Source of the DNA: Octopus sinensis
Lineage: Eukaryota
NCBI RefSeq assembly: GCF_006345805.1
Contig: NC_043008.1
Location: 50,592,001 to 50,656,000, forward strand
DNA length: 64,000 nt
Reading direction: 5' to 3'
In this document: positions 25,713 to 38,039 of the stretch, one piece after another
Layout of the letters: every line of letters starts with the position of its first letter
How positions within the stretch are numbered: position 1 is the stretch's first letter
Notes under the pieces: generated by a model
Told to the model about the DNA's origin: nothing
Seen by the model: the letters and a program-made list of their open reading frames with translations, nothing else
The model's database searches: none
Made by a program: the position numbers and the translations under genes

Positions 25713-26589
25713 CACACAATAACGCAGAGACAGATAAAGTATCATATTGTGGATGTAGAAACAAAGCCATGCTTTAGTCTAGTCCAGTTAGGTGTGAGCA
25801 GAAGAAGAGATAAACAAGGCGGGGAGGGGAGGGAAGAATGGTGACCATACTGATGGTAGGTCGGGTTATAAATCAGGATGTGTGTGTGTGTGTGTGAAGT
25901 GACCAGCCAGACTATTAGATTTTGTTACACATTGCTAGCCACAATGCACTTGGCGTCATTTTAACCTTCAAATGACACCACCATGTGGGCTGATTGAATG
26001 GGGGAACTAAAGCAACATGAAATTAAGTGTTTTGATCAAGGTCGCAAAGCACTGCCTGGTCTAGGAATCAAACCTATGATCTCACAGTTGTGAATGCACC
26101 AGCCTAACCACTAGGCCACACACCTCCACATATATACATGTATACACATACATACATTTATAAATATATATGAAAAGAAGCTATGATAAGGAGGGGGTCA
26201 CGATCTGAAGTGAAACTGACAAAATAATAACCACATGGTTCTGGGATCAGTCCCACTGTGTGGCACCTTGGGCAAGTGTTTTCTGCCATAGCCTTAGGCC
26301 AACCAGAGCCTAGTGAGTGGATCTGGTAGAAGGAAACTGAAAGGAGCCCACTGTGTGTGTTTGTCTCTCACCAACTGCTTGACAACTGGTGTTGGTGTGT
26401 TTAAATCCCCCATAACATACGGTTCAGCAAAAAAATTTTTTTTTTATATCCAGGCTTATTCCCCATTTTTTTTAGGAGGGGTTAACCACAACAAGGCACA
26501 CACCAGACATTCCATTCATTTCCCTGCTCAAAGAAGCAAGCTCCGTCCTATGTTCGGGTCAATACATAGAATGCAACCCCCAATGTCAG

Positions 26590-26880
26590 CAGCAGGGCCC
26601 GACAGCATATACTGGTTCCGTACCCCTTTGAGCAATATCAAATTCACCCATCCGTCCACAAACACTCTCCAAGCTTTCCTATCATTTATAAACTCTCCTG
26701 CCTCTCTCACTCCAACACCTCAGACCACCAAAGCTTTCCTCATTCCAGCCACCCACACAAACCGAGGTCTGCCTCTGGTTCTGCTGCCTACCACTTGTCT
26801 TCATCACCCTCCTTACCATCCACTCCTCATCCATCCTCTCCATGTGGCCAAACCACCTCAACATTCATCTATCCATTTTG
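26590..26880 (-). mobile_element. RTE-type LINE 3' fragment
   Basis: LRWFGHMERMDEE...REAGEFINDRKAWRVFVDGW across frameshifts. Confidence 0.75.
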
Positions 26881-28797
26881 GTTGTTAGTTTTTTTCTCTC
26901 ATTCTTGTTCACAAAGAAATCGATAGGATAAGTACTAGGCTTATAAAAATAAGCCCTGGGGGGATGGGGAAGGCAATTTGTTCAACAAAAACCCTTCAAG
27001 AAGTGCCCCAGCATGGCCACAGTCAAATGACTAAAACAAGTTAAAGATTCAAAATAAGGTGCTCAAAAAGATCATTGAGAATAACACCGAGAGAAAGAAC
27101 AACAACAAGAAATAGATCAAAATATTTGCAACCAGGGGTGACTGATTGTCAAAGATTAAAAGAAGTCTTTGGAAACATTAAGAAGGTAAGTGGCTCCTTT
27201 TTGGCTCTTGTTTCTGTTACTGGGCTGTGGCCATACTGGAACACTATCTTGAAGGGTTTATTTAATAAAAAAAAATCGACCCAGAACTTATTTTGGTTTT
27301 TGAAGTATGATACCTAGTCCCTCAGTCTCTTTTGTTGAACTGCTAAGTTACATGGACGTGAACAAACCAGCACCGGTTGTCAAGCGGTGACAAACGAATA
27401 GACACGCAGATATACACAAACACACACACTTGATAGGCTTCTCACAGTTTCTGTTTATCAAATCGTCTCATAAAGGCATTGGTCAGCCCAGGGCTATGCT
27501 AGAAGACATTTGCCCGAAGTGCTATGCAGTGGAACTGAACCTGGAACTATGTGGTTGGGAAAGAATATTATGTTCAGGGGGAGGGGCATGGAAGAAAAAT
27601 GATGGCTCATGATGGGTCGATAGACAATGGATTTGCACCAGACATTTGTGAAGAATTTGAAGAATGGATGTAGGCGTGGCTGTGAGGTTAAGAAACTTGC
27701 TTCTCAACCATGTGGTCTTGGGTTCAGTCCCACTGCTCAGCACCTTGGGTAAGAGTCTTCTACAATAGCTCCAGTATGACCAAAGTTTTGTGAGTAGATT
27801 TGGTAGACAGAAACTGAAAGAAACCTATTCTGTGTGTGTGTCCCCACCACCATCGCTTGACAACCAGGGTTGGTTTGTTTACGTCTCCGTGACTTAGTGG
27901 TTCTACAAAAAGAACCTGAACCTTAAAAAAAAAAAATTCAAATTCTGGATCGATTTGTTCGACTAAACCTTCCAAGTAAAGTGCCCCAGCATGGCCACAG
28001 TCCAATAACTGAAACAAGATTTAAAAACACAAAACCCAGATAATATCAAAAGTCGGACACAACTTGAGAACAAGCAAGAAGATATTTGCAAAACTGGATT
28101 AGTTCGTAAAACTGAACACCAAAAGCGCTGGAGATGGACAGAAATAAACTATTTATTTAATTCCTATATTTTTAATAATTGCCAGAAAATTTGGTAGCGA
28201 CAGGGGAGGAACTTGTATAAATTTGGCGACTTGCAGTTCTATTTAAAGCGAGCGAACATGCTTAGTCAGCAAGTTGCATTTTTTCAAGATTTCTGTTATT
28301 CATTAACACGTGTCGAACCAATAAGGGAGGCTATTACGTAGACCGCTCGACCTGGTGGAAATAGCAGTCAAACCTGGGTCACAATCGTCCTATCGTTTTT
28401 CTTCCTTTCTCTCTTTTTTTTAAGGAGAAAGGGGAAAAACTGATGTACAAGATAAATGTGGTCTTAGATAAACTACGCCTGAAAATAACAGGAGACGGTC
28501 GTGGATGGAATGCTATTATTATCATATGTAAGTTCAATTAGCGAGCGATCCGCGATAAAAATTTTTTTAAAAAAGCAACTTGATTCTAAATAAGCTATAG
28601 GCAACCAGCGACCCGCGGGACTTTCTGAATGTCCCATCTAATGAAAAGATTACCACCTGATAATGAACAACCTCGAAAAAGGTTGCCCATGTCCGTTCTA
28701 AGGGTTCGCTTGAGGTTGCAGAAAATTATACCTTAAATCGCATTCTATAGCTTCAGAGGGGTGGAAATAGCCAAGACGTTTCTTTCTTTCCTTTTTT

Positions 28798-29212
28798 GGC
28801 GATCTTTCGTCTCTAGTAGACCTTTCCGTCGACTTCCGTAAAAAAATATTTTTTTTTTACATATGGGCTTGCGGGAACTTTTGAAGTAATATACATACAT
28901 ATACACATACACCGAGTAAAACATTTCAGTTATCTCTTTCTTTCACACATTACTCTGTCTCTTCACACACACTAACAGAAGCACTTCACTTACACAACAT
29001 ACTGTCTGTCTCCCACACCCCATCAAACACACACACATGTCCATCAATGCTCCCATGCACGGTAACTTCAAAAGAACTTCCCTCGTCATACAATCGCTTT
29101 CTCTTAGTCTCTTTCGCTCTCATTACTTCAAAAGTTCCCGCAAGCCCATATGTAAAAAAAAAAAAAATTTACGGAAATCGACGGAAAGGTCTACTAGAGA
29201 CGAAAGATTGCC
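28798..29212. mobile_element. MITE with about 92-bp terminal inverted repeats
   Basis: Arms 28798-28890 and 29122-29212 (GGCGATCTTTCGTCTCTAGTAGACCTTTCCGTCGA...); flanks CCTTTTTT and CCTTTTTA give a 7/8-match 8-bp TSD. Confidence 0.8.
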
Positions 29213-30171
29213 CCTTTTTAAAAAAAAGGTAAAATGACGGGATGGTCAAGTGTGATAGGAACGATTTTTATCGATCATAAGATCGGGAGTGAATCAGGAC
29301 TGACCTAGGGTTATGATAACATTACACGTGTTCACATCTGACGCTGGCATAGTTTTTTCACACTCAAATAGTTCTTCCGTCTCGCCGTCGTCTACCCAAG
29401 TCATATAATTGAATTTGTTATAACTTGTGTAAGATTTGAAACCTCGTCATAGGGACTACAGCGAAATAATTTGTAAATAAACGCTTTACAAGACACACAC
29501 ACGTATATATAATCCCATAGGTTACATATAAATATATACACAAACATTCATACATATATATTCAAAGAAAACAAGCCCCGATGTAAGCCCTGTTCGAAGA
29601 CGTTCCAATTGCGACCATCTCATATTTCTCTACCATACTTCTTTTTAATGGTCTGCTGTGTGGTGAGGGAGATCTGGCTGCTATTTCTAACAGGTCGAGC
29701 GAGCGACCATACGAGGAAGCTCGTTCGGTCGAGATTTCCCACAGCCGTTATGTAATTTCTGTTTAGCCCCAGGTCAGACCTGAGGGGAGTAAATCTACAA
29801 TCGAAAGACGCACCAGTCGTGACTATCCAGTGTTTTTGTATACCTAAGACTACACTGCTTAATGCGACCTTTTTTAGAATGGTCAAGTATAATTTTGAGG
29901 GATTTCAGTGAGAATTTGCAGCTGTTTCTAGCACATCGAACTACAACAGAGAGGCTCCTTGTTTTATCGTATAAGTTGTAATACTAAAATGACAGCTGCG
30001 CAAAGTAGAATATAGTTCTAAGCCGTAATTAAAGACAGGTTATGTGTACATTATACACACACACATAATTATGCATACATATATGCACATGTATATCTGT
30101 ACACAGAGTTCTGTTTTCCCGTTTATAAAAAATCGTATGTGTGTACATAGATACATGTATGTATGTATGTA

Positions 30172-30258
<87 letters not shown>

Positions 30259-30555
30259 ACACAGCATAAAACGTGGATTCAGAGAACCGTGCTGCCGTCA
30301 CAGAAAGCTCCGCTTACGGACTCGGCTATCAGTCCACATAGTAATCAATGACAAAGTGTAATGTCGAGAGTCCGCGTTGTGCGCGCGCGCGTGCGTATGT
30401 GTGTAATTATTTCTTATTAATTAGCTGCGAAGCTACATAAGTACCTGAAGGACCTGAAGTTTCGCATCAAAGCACTTATCCAGTTTACTCGTCAGACCGA
30501 CAAAGTGCTCTGGCACGACACTTAGGCATTTTGATTCAACCACACACCTAATAAT

Positions 30556-30590
<35 letters not shown>

Positions 30591-30775
30591 CAATTACACG
30601 TTCAACAGTATGTAATAAGAGATAGTAGTTTAGTTCAACAGTATTTAACAATATATTTATTTACACGCGTAACACACGCCTATATATATACCTATATTAA
30701 CCTATATATCAATACATCGATTGGTTATTGATAAACTATTATCAAAGTATTAGTAGCTGGAAATAAGAGTCCGAT

Positions 30776-30807
<32 letters not shown>

Positions 30808-31197
30808 TTATTACACATAATAAATTGGTAAATAATTACGATATTGTTATGAGTGGAACCACATCTTGCCCTTTCCACCAAACTTCCGGAACAGCTTGTG
30901 TGGGCTGTCTTTAAACAGTGGCAATTATGTGACACCGCACTTGTTCGTTTCTCTCTTTTTTAACACGTCTAGTGCATGTGTGTGAGCAATATATATACGT
31001 CTAGTGTATGCCTGAGTATATATATATATATATACGGATGTATGTATATATGTTTTCTTTTGTCACACTTTATACACATACAAACGGGTGGGTGTGTACA
31101 TGCGTTTGTATGCGTACATATATGTATTTTCATTTGCTACGCTTCAGACTTATATACCATACAAAATTTGTGCGTGCATATATATACATACATATAT

Positions 31198-31264
<67 letters not shown>

Positions 31265-33480
31265 TAGATAGATAGATAGATAGGAATTGTTTAAAAATCG
31301 TCCCTATAATTACTTACTGTTGTTGCCATGTATTCCAGCGGTAGTGTTTCTTTAGTGGGGGAAAGAGTTCAAATTATAAAAGAAAAAGAAAATCTCTCTC
31401 ACACACACAATGGTTCTCTCGTTTTCTTTCTCCGCACACACACACACATATATAGGACTATAGACTCTAGAGCATGACAAATGACCTTACCTATCCTAAA
31501 CAACACGGATATGACATGGGCGAGGCCGATCGACAGACATTTCACCACGGCTACTCATTTTTATCCTCCAACGAACATTAATCACCGTTCGATATTCGAT
31601 CTTAAGACAACGATTATTGCTCTTGTTATTGTATAATGGCACCAGGTCAGACCTGATCTCGTAACCCTACGACATAAACACCCTGTGTACACACACACAC
31701 ACACACACAAGGTGTCATACTTACACATGTGTGCTCCGTCCCACCCACTGACTGTCTCCTCATAACTTTCAGAAAAATGGATATTTTTTTTAATTAAATT
31801 TTCTACAGGTGGTAAAGAAGTTTGCTTCTGAACCACACGGTCCCGGGTTCAGTCCCACCGACTGGCATCTTGGGCAAGTTTTTTTTTTTCTACCGTAGCC
31901 TCTTGACCAAAGCTTCGTGAGTTGATTTGGTAGACGGAAACCGAAAGAAACCATGTGTGTATGTATGTGTGTGTGCATTTGTCCTCCATCCCACTGCTTG
32001 ACAACCGGTGTTGACGTGTTTACGTCCCCGTAATTAAGCAATTCTGTAAAAAGTATTTCTGAAACAAATAAAAACTAAAAGGCAAATACCTTTCATATGG
32101 TGTAAATTCCAATTACGTTTGAATTTCATGCAAAAAGAAGAACTGGTGGACGTGCACATTACATTACATATGTACGAAGTGAAATTTGAACTTTTGAAAA
32201 AGATTGTGTTAAGTATCAGTATGTATGCACGCCCAGTTTTCTTTTTCCTTTTTTTTAACATTAAATTCCAACATAACGTTAATCTACACCACCTGAAAGG
32301 TGTTTGCAGAAAATTTCATTGAAAAAAACATTTATTTTTCAAAAAGTTAGGGGAAAACAGTAGAGCAGGGGTGGGGGAATAATTATGTAGGTATTACACA
32401 CACAACACACACAAGGGATAGATAAATGAAAGAGGCTCATAACGCATTTGGTAGGAGTTGTGTATATATATTTCTTTACTGCCCACAAGGGGCTAAACAT
32501 AGAGGGGACAAACAAGGACAGACAAACGGATTAAGTCGATTACATCGATCCCAGTGCGAAACTGGTACTTTATTTATCGACCCCGAAAGGATGAAATGCA
32601 AAGTCGACCTCGGCGGAATATATATATATATATATATATATCAGTTTGGTTCAACTCAATACAACTTAAAAGTTATACTCCAAAATCTCGAGCATGGGTG
32701 AAAATATTACGCGTAACAATTTCCAAGGAGAATATTCTAAGCACAACCGAGTGTATATAACTGTAAGGGAGATTTAACTGGTATTTCTAGCAGGTCGAAC
32801 GATCACATAGGTGTTTAGCCACTCCCCTAATTTACCCTTCATTGAATAGCCCTTATGCTTGAAGTACGGATCTATTACTGCCATTATGTGTACTTTGTTA
32901 TTTTCTTTCTTTTTTAATATTTCTATATTAGAGAATCTGGCGCCTATATCTATATCAGGTCGTGTAATCTCACCGAAGTTCCCTCTGTTATTGCGAACAA
33001 AACTAAAGGGGATCAGAAATATTGATGTTTAGTCCCGGACCTTTACTGAAGAAACATTCGACCCTGGGAAAAAAAAAAACCCAGTTTTCGTATACCAAGG
33101 ACTACAAAGTTCAATGAAAACTTCCTTCATTATTTAAGACGGGTGGGTGTGATTAAAGTAAGTTTTTGGACCAGGTATTTCGAGCAGATCGAAAGCCCTC
33201 ATAAAGAGAGTGGCTCACCTGTTGACTGGTGGTTAACGTGGCAAATAGAAAGACACCAGCACAGACAAAAGAGATGAGAAAATCCGGGTTCGTTTTTGTA
33301 TCAGAACAAATGATTAAATCAAAATAAGTCTGTCGAATGCGTGTTCGTTTATTCGTTCATTCCGATAGATGCAACGGAATAGGCAGCAGCAGCAGCAGTT
33401 GTATACAATGTGTAAGTGTGGGGGGTTCACAGACGGTGATTGAGAAATCTCTACAATTTAAAAGCAGCACAAATATCACA

Positions 33481-33525
33481 AAACTCTTACTCTGAGTTTC
33501 ACGTTCCCGTTCGTCAGACAATTTT
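33481..33525 (-). ncRNA. Minimal hammerhead ribozyme motif (canonical CUGACGA core)
   Basis: Minus: AAAATTGT-CTGACGA-ACG-GGAA-CGT-GAA-ACTC-A-GAGT-A-AGAGTTT; stem II ACG/CGT, helix III ACTC/GAGT, GUA triplet, stem I with one G-G mismatch; predicted cut after 33488. Confidence 0.65.
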
Positions 33526-33542
33526 GTAAGAATCATTCTTAC

Positions 33543-33588
33543 AAAACTGTCCGACGAACGGGAACGTGAAACTCTGAGTAACTGTTTT
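33543..33588 (+). ncRNA. Minimal hammerhead ribozyme motif (CCGACGA core variant)
   Basis: AAAACTGT-CCGACGA-ACG-GGAA-CGT-GAA-ACTC-T-GAGT-A-ACTGTTTT; stem I 7 bp with one T-T mismatch; predicted cut after 33580. Confidence 0.6.
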
Positions 33589-33792
33589 TTTTGTGTGTGA
33601 TATTTCTGCTGCTTTTAAATAAAGCATATTACTCTACCTCTGGTATTTGAGTACTCCTTTATTACCACCTTGTTTCACATTTATGTGTTTACTCCAGTAT
33701 ATATATATATACTGGAGTAATGTGACCTCGTGTGTACCGTTGGCGATTTTTTCCCCTCTGTCTTCCCTTCTCTGGATCTTTCCTTTTCCTAT

Positions 33793-33827
33793 GTTTCCGA
33801 CGAAGAGCTCTGCTCGAAACGTTAAAC
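33793..33827 (+). ncRNA. Minimal hammerhead ribozyme motif of Penelope-like type
   Basis: GTTT-CCGACGA-A-GAGC-TCT-GCTC-GAA-ACGT-T-AAAC; perfect stems I and II, palindromic ACGU helix III, GUU triplet; predicted cut after 33823. Confidence 0.7.
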
Positions 33828-36189
33828 CCTCCTTCTTTCCTGAGCATCCAATAATACTATATTTGTTCCACGTCCTCGCGTTGTTGTGTTTTTTTGTGCT
33901 TTCTTGTTTGGATTAACTTTATGTATATATATATATATATATGTATATTTTATTCTTTTACTTGTTTCAGTCATTTGACTGCAGCCATGCTGGAGCACTG
34001 CCTTTAGTCGAACAAACTGACTCCAGGACATATTCTTTGTAAGCCTAGTACTTATTCTATCGGTCTCTTTTACCGAACTGCTAAGTTACGGGGATGTAAA
34101 CACACCAACATCGGTTGTCAAGCAATGGTGGGAGGAGAAACAGACACACACACACACACGTGTGTGTGTGAGTGTGTATGTTTGTGTGGTTCCAGGTTCA
34201 TTTTCACTGCGTGGTACCTTGGGAAAGTGTCTTCTGCTATAGCCTTGGACCGACCAAAGCCTTGTGAGTGGACACAGACATAGAAACACACATATTTATA
34301 TACGACGGGCTTCTTTCAGTTTCCGGCTACCAAATCCACTCACAAGGCTTTGGTCGGCCCGGGGCTATAGCAGAAGACACTTGCCCAAGGTTCCACACAG
34401 TGGGACTGAGCTTGGAACCATGTGGTTGGTAAGCAAGCTACTTACCACACAGCCACTCCTGCGCCTTTATGTCACTAAATAAACAACTGAGAAAAATGGA
34501 GTCAGAATAGTGAAGAAATCGGTCCTTACACCAAGTTTCAGATTTTAACAGAAATACAAAACATATTTCTATTTTTAGTGACGTTTGAGGGGTTTTCCCC
34601 ATGCACCATCACACACTGGTTAAGAAGCGTGATTAAGAAGCCTGCTTTCCAGCTATGTGTTTTGGGGTTCAGTCTCACTGCATGGCACCTTGGGCAATTA
34701 TCTACTATAGCCCAAGGTCAACCAATGTCTTGTAAGTGGATTTGCAAGACAGAAACTGGAAGAAGTCCATCATATCATCATTTCGTGTCCACTTTCCATG
34801 CTGGCATTGTGCAATAGATGTAAACAAGCATCCCTGTCAAACTTGTGGTGTCCTTTGTTTCCAATCTTCCATGAAAAAAAACCTGGTGATGGAGAAATAT
34901 GTCCTTGCTTGTAGACAGGTGAATACTGACAGCAGGAAAAATCTGCTTCAGTAAATTTCATCTGATCCATGCAAGCACAAAAACGTGGATGTTAAAATGA
35001 TGATGATAAGTGTCAGCATTGGTGCTTCTTGATGTCAAGAATTTTGTTCCATTGAATTTATGCTCTAAGGAAGTTGTGAAAAGACCCAACAAATAATGTG
35101 AGTTCATGGCTGTTTCCTGCACCAGTTTCGCATAGCCCCGCCCATCCAAAGTACCTTGGATTCCAGAACGACCTGCTGTGCTTGAGGAGACCTATTGAGT
35201 CAAGTACATCCACATCAAAATAAAAATCAAATGGAAATTGTAGTTGTGATACCTGTGCCGGTGGCACGTAAAAAGCACCAACTGAATGTGGCCAAAGCCA
35301 GCCTCCCCTGGCACCTGTGCCAGTGGCACGTAAAAAGAACCCACTACACTCAAGGAGTGGTTGGCATTAGGAAGGGCATCCAGCTGTAGAAACACTGCCA
35401 GATCAGACTGGAGCGTGGTGCAGCGCCCTGGCTTCCCAGACCCCGGTCAAACCGTCCAACCCATGCTAGCATGGAAAACGGACGTTAAACGATGATGATG
35501 GTGACGATGCAACATCATAACCAAAAAATTCTTTCCTTGTTAACCTCACCACCCCATCAATGTCTCCAACTACCAACCTCCCCTTAATATACATCGAACA
35601 ACAAGCAGTGGAGACAAAGAAATCACAGCACTCCAGTTAAAAGCCAATCTGCCATAAGTTTCGACAGTGGCATTGGCATAGAGTATACTGTAAATATTAG
35701 TCAACATGACTGTTGCTTTCTATGACCTCTTCAATAGGGTGAAAAGTTCATTTCAAATAGGAAACAGCAATCCCAGCACCAGCTACAGAGAGAGAGAGAG
35801 ACACACTTTATATTTGGATTGCAAGAGAATGTTGCTCATTATGTTAACATAGAGACAGGAACATCTGTATCTCAAATAGCCATGAGTTTTGAGTTTCTTT
35901 TCACCACGCTATTAAAATGCTGCATAAATATTTGAAAAGAATGCAAATGCGGATATGAGAATTGAGGTGCAGCTGGATCCAAGAGTCCTTCTTTATTCTG
36001 TTTGTTGTTCCCCCACCACAAACCTCTATTGATGTCTCCTTCGGTCAGTCTTTTCTTAACAATATCAAAGAAGTGGGGTTTTCTCTATAGAGCAGAGAAC
36101 AGATTCATCAACAGTTCACAAACAAACATCAATATTTTTCAATGTTTGCTTTAGTTATTCTTGCATCATCACCTCTACCGTGATGTGAT

Positions 36190-36420
36190 GGACAACGAAA
36201 AACCTGGCTGATGACAGTCAAGATTGATCTGGAACCCAACCTAGGCCCCCATATGTACGGTGTTCGCCACTGGAATAAGGAATGGTTGGAGATCACGCGG
36301 TCATTAGCCTCAAATAGCCAGGTCTGGTCAGTGTTTGTGAGAGATACAGCATTGAGGATGAATGAAGCCAGCTCAACCTACCCCTGGTGAATGCTGTCTC
36401 AAGACAAGACAAGAAGATCA
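36190..36420 (+). mobile_element. RTE-type LINE 3' end (second family)
   Basis: GQRKTWLMTVKIDLEPNLGPHMYGVRHWNKEWLEITRSLASNSQVWSVFVRD followed by a (CAAGA)n tail; same family as 61320-61480. Confidence 0.7.
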
Positions 36421-36635
36421 TCACCGCTCATCTCCTGGACATATTCCTTCCTGCATTTCTCTGTACATAATCATTTTTAATGGTTGATGATACAACATTC
36501 TGTAAAAGCAGCCAACCAATCTGTTATTATTGTAACATCTCGGCTTCAATGCTGTTTAAAGGGTTTAGCTTTGGACCAAAGGGATGCAAATTTTTGTTCC
36601 TTTTGTAACTGCTAGCAGTGTCTGGTAGGACTCAC

Positions 36636-36883
36636 CTGCTACCCTATTAGATGCCTATTTTCACAAGCCCTGTACTGTTCTGATCAGGAATCTTCGGAGC
36701 TCTTTTGTGAGTTGTCGTGCATTCACCACAGACAATCACTTGACATCTCTTAGAATCTTTCTCAGTTGCTGAATCCTTGACAATGCTACAAACAGTTGCA
36801 TCATTTGTGTTCAAAGCCAAGGAGAGGAGTTTGAAAGCAGAGTGGGCTGTGCGGCCTCCAGGAAGGAACATTGGCAGCAAGAC
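36636..36883 (-). other. Candidate non-coding internal exon
   Basis: Acceptor TTTTTCTTCAG (AG at 36885-36884) and donor GCAG|GTGAGT (36635-36630); stops in all three frames. Confidence 0.45.
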
Positions 36884-37356
36884 CTGAAGAAAAATCTGCA
36901 ATAGCTGTACCTTTACACTGACAAACTTTGTCAAGCAATGAGACATTGATTTTTTTTCTGTTAACCAACCCAGTCAAAAGTAACAGAAACAACCTGCTGT
37001 CTGCAATGGATCTCAGTTCATTATCATTAACATGTAAAAAGCACCGTCCGAACGTGGCAGGTGCCAGCGCCGCCTGACTGGAGTCCGTGTCGGTGACACG
37101 TAAAAGCACCAACCAATCGTGGCTGTTTGCCAGCCTGCTCTGGCCCCTGTGCCGGTGGCACGTAAAAAACACCCACTACACTCATGGAGTGGTTGGCATT
37201 AGGAAGGGCATCCAGCTGTAGAAACACTGCCAGATCAGACTGGAGCCTGGTGCAGCCTCCGTGGCTTACCAGACCCCGGTCGAACCATCCAACCCATGCT
37301 AGCATGAAAAAACGGACGTTAAATGATGATGATGATATTCTGTTACTGTGTCATAA

Positions 37357-37580
37357 TTACTCCTTTAGCATTCAAACCAGATATATCTGGCTCAAATATT
37401 CAACCTGCTTTGTGTTCAAACTGGCCAGATTTGGTTTCCCATGCCTCTCCAACAATGATATGCTAAAAATAATCAATCACATAATCAAAACCTCAAAGCT
37501 ACGAGATAATGCATAATTAATCCAAAACAATGTGAATAAATATTATATTTGACAGAGTGATCTGAACGTTAAAAGGTTAA
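37357..37580. mobile_element. piggyBac-type (TTAA) MITE
   Basis: Ends TTAC|TCCTTTAGCATTC ... GAACGTTAAAAGG|TTAA; related sequence in reverse near 3670-3790. Confidence 0.55.
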
Positions 37581-38039
37581 GGATGTCTTTCAAAATTTCT
37601 ATTGTTAGGTTATTGACTTCTGTGCAGAGAAGCTGAGGGAGGCCTATTTTTTAAAGTTCTTGGTCATTTGGTCATCAAGTTTGTTCATGAGAGCTGCATC
37701 AAATTTCATCTGCGGAAACCTATGTGGGGGAGTGGGGATGAAACATATCTGTTAAGTTTGATGCTTAAACTCTTCAGCAAGATCATCGCAATATTTGAGC
37801 CAAAGCTGAAGGAGATTAGATGGGTTCACAGTATTTTAGCAGCACGGTTAAAGAAGGAATCACAACACTCAGAGCTGTTTGAGATACAGAAGCATCTATG
37901 TGGCAACATATGGATGATGATGATTAGTATGTGTGTGTCTATATATACATATCTACATTTTATATTTTTAATTTCACACATGTGCATTGTTTGCTTTTGA
38001 TTTTGTCAACTACATAGTATAGTAGGGTCAGTTGGGCAG

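Larger units (their letters stand above)
33456..33920. mobile_element. Penelope-like non-autonomous, hammerhead-bearing composite element
   Basis: 165-bp palindrome (33456-33620), 32-bp palindrome (33689-33720) and HHR segment homologous to 24690-24935; ends in (TA)n. Confidence 0.55.

Noticed and set aside
30443-30550. Possible small minus-strand exon (CVVESKCLSVVPEHF...)
   Set aside because: Acceptor lacks a pyrimidine tract, donor is weak, peptide unrecognised
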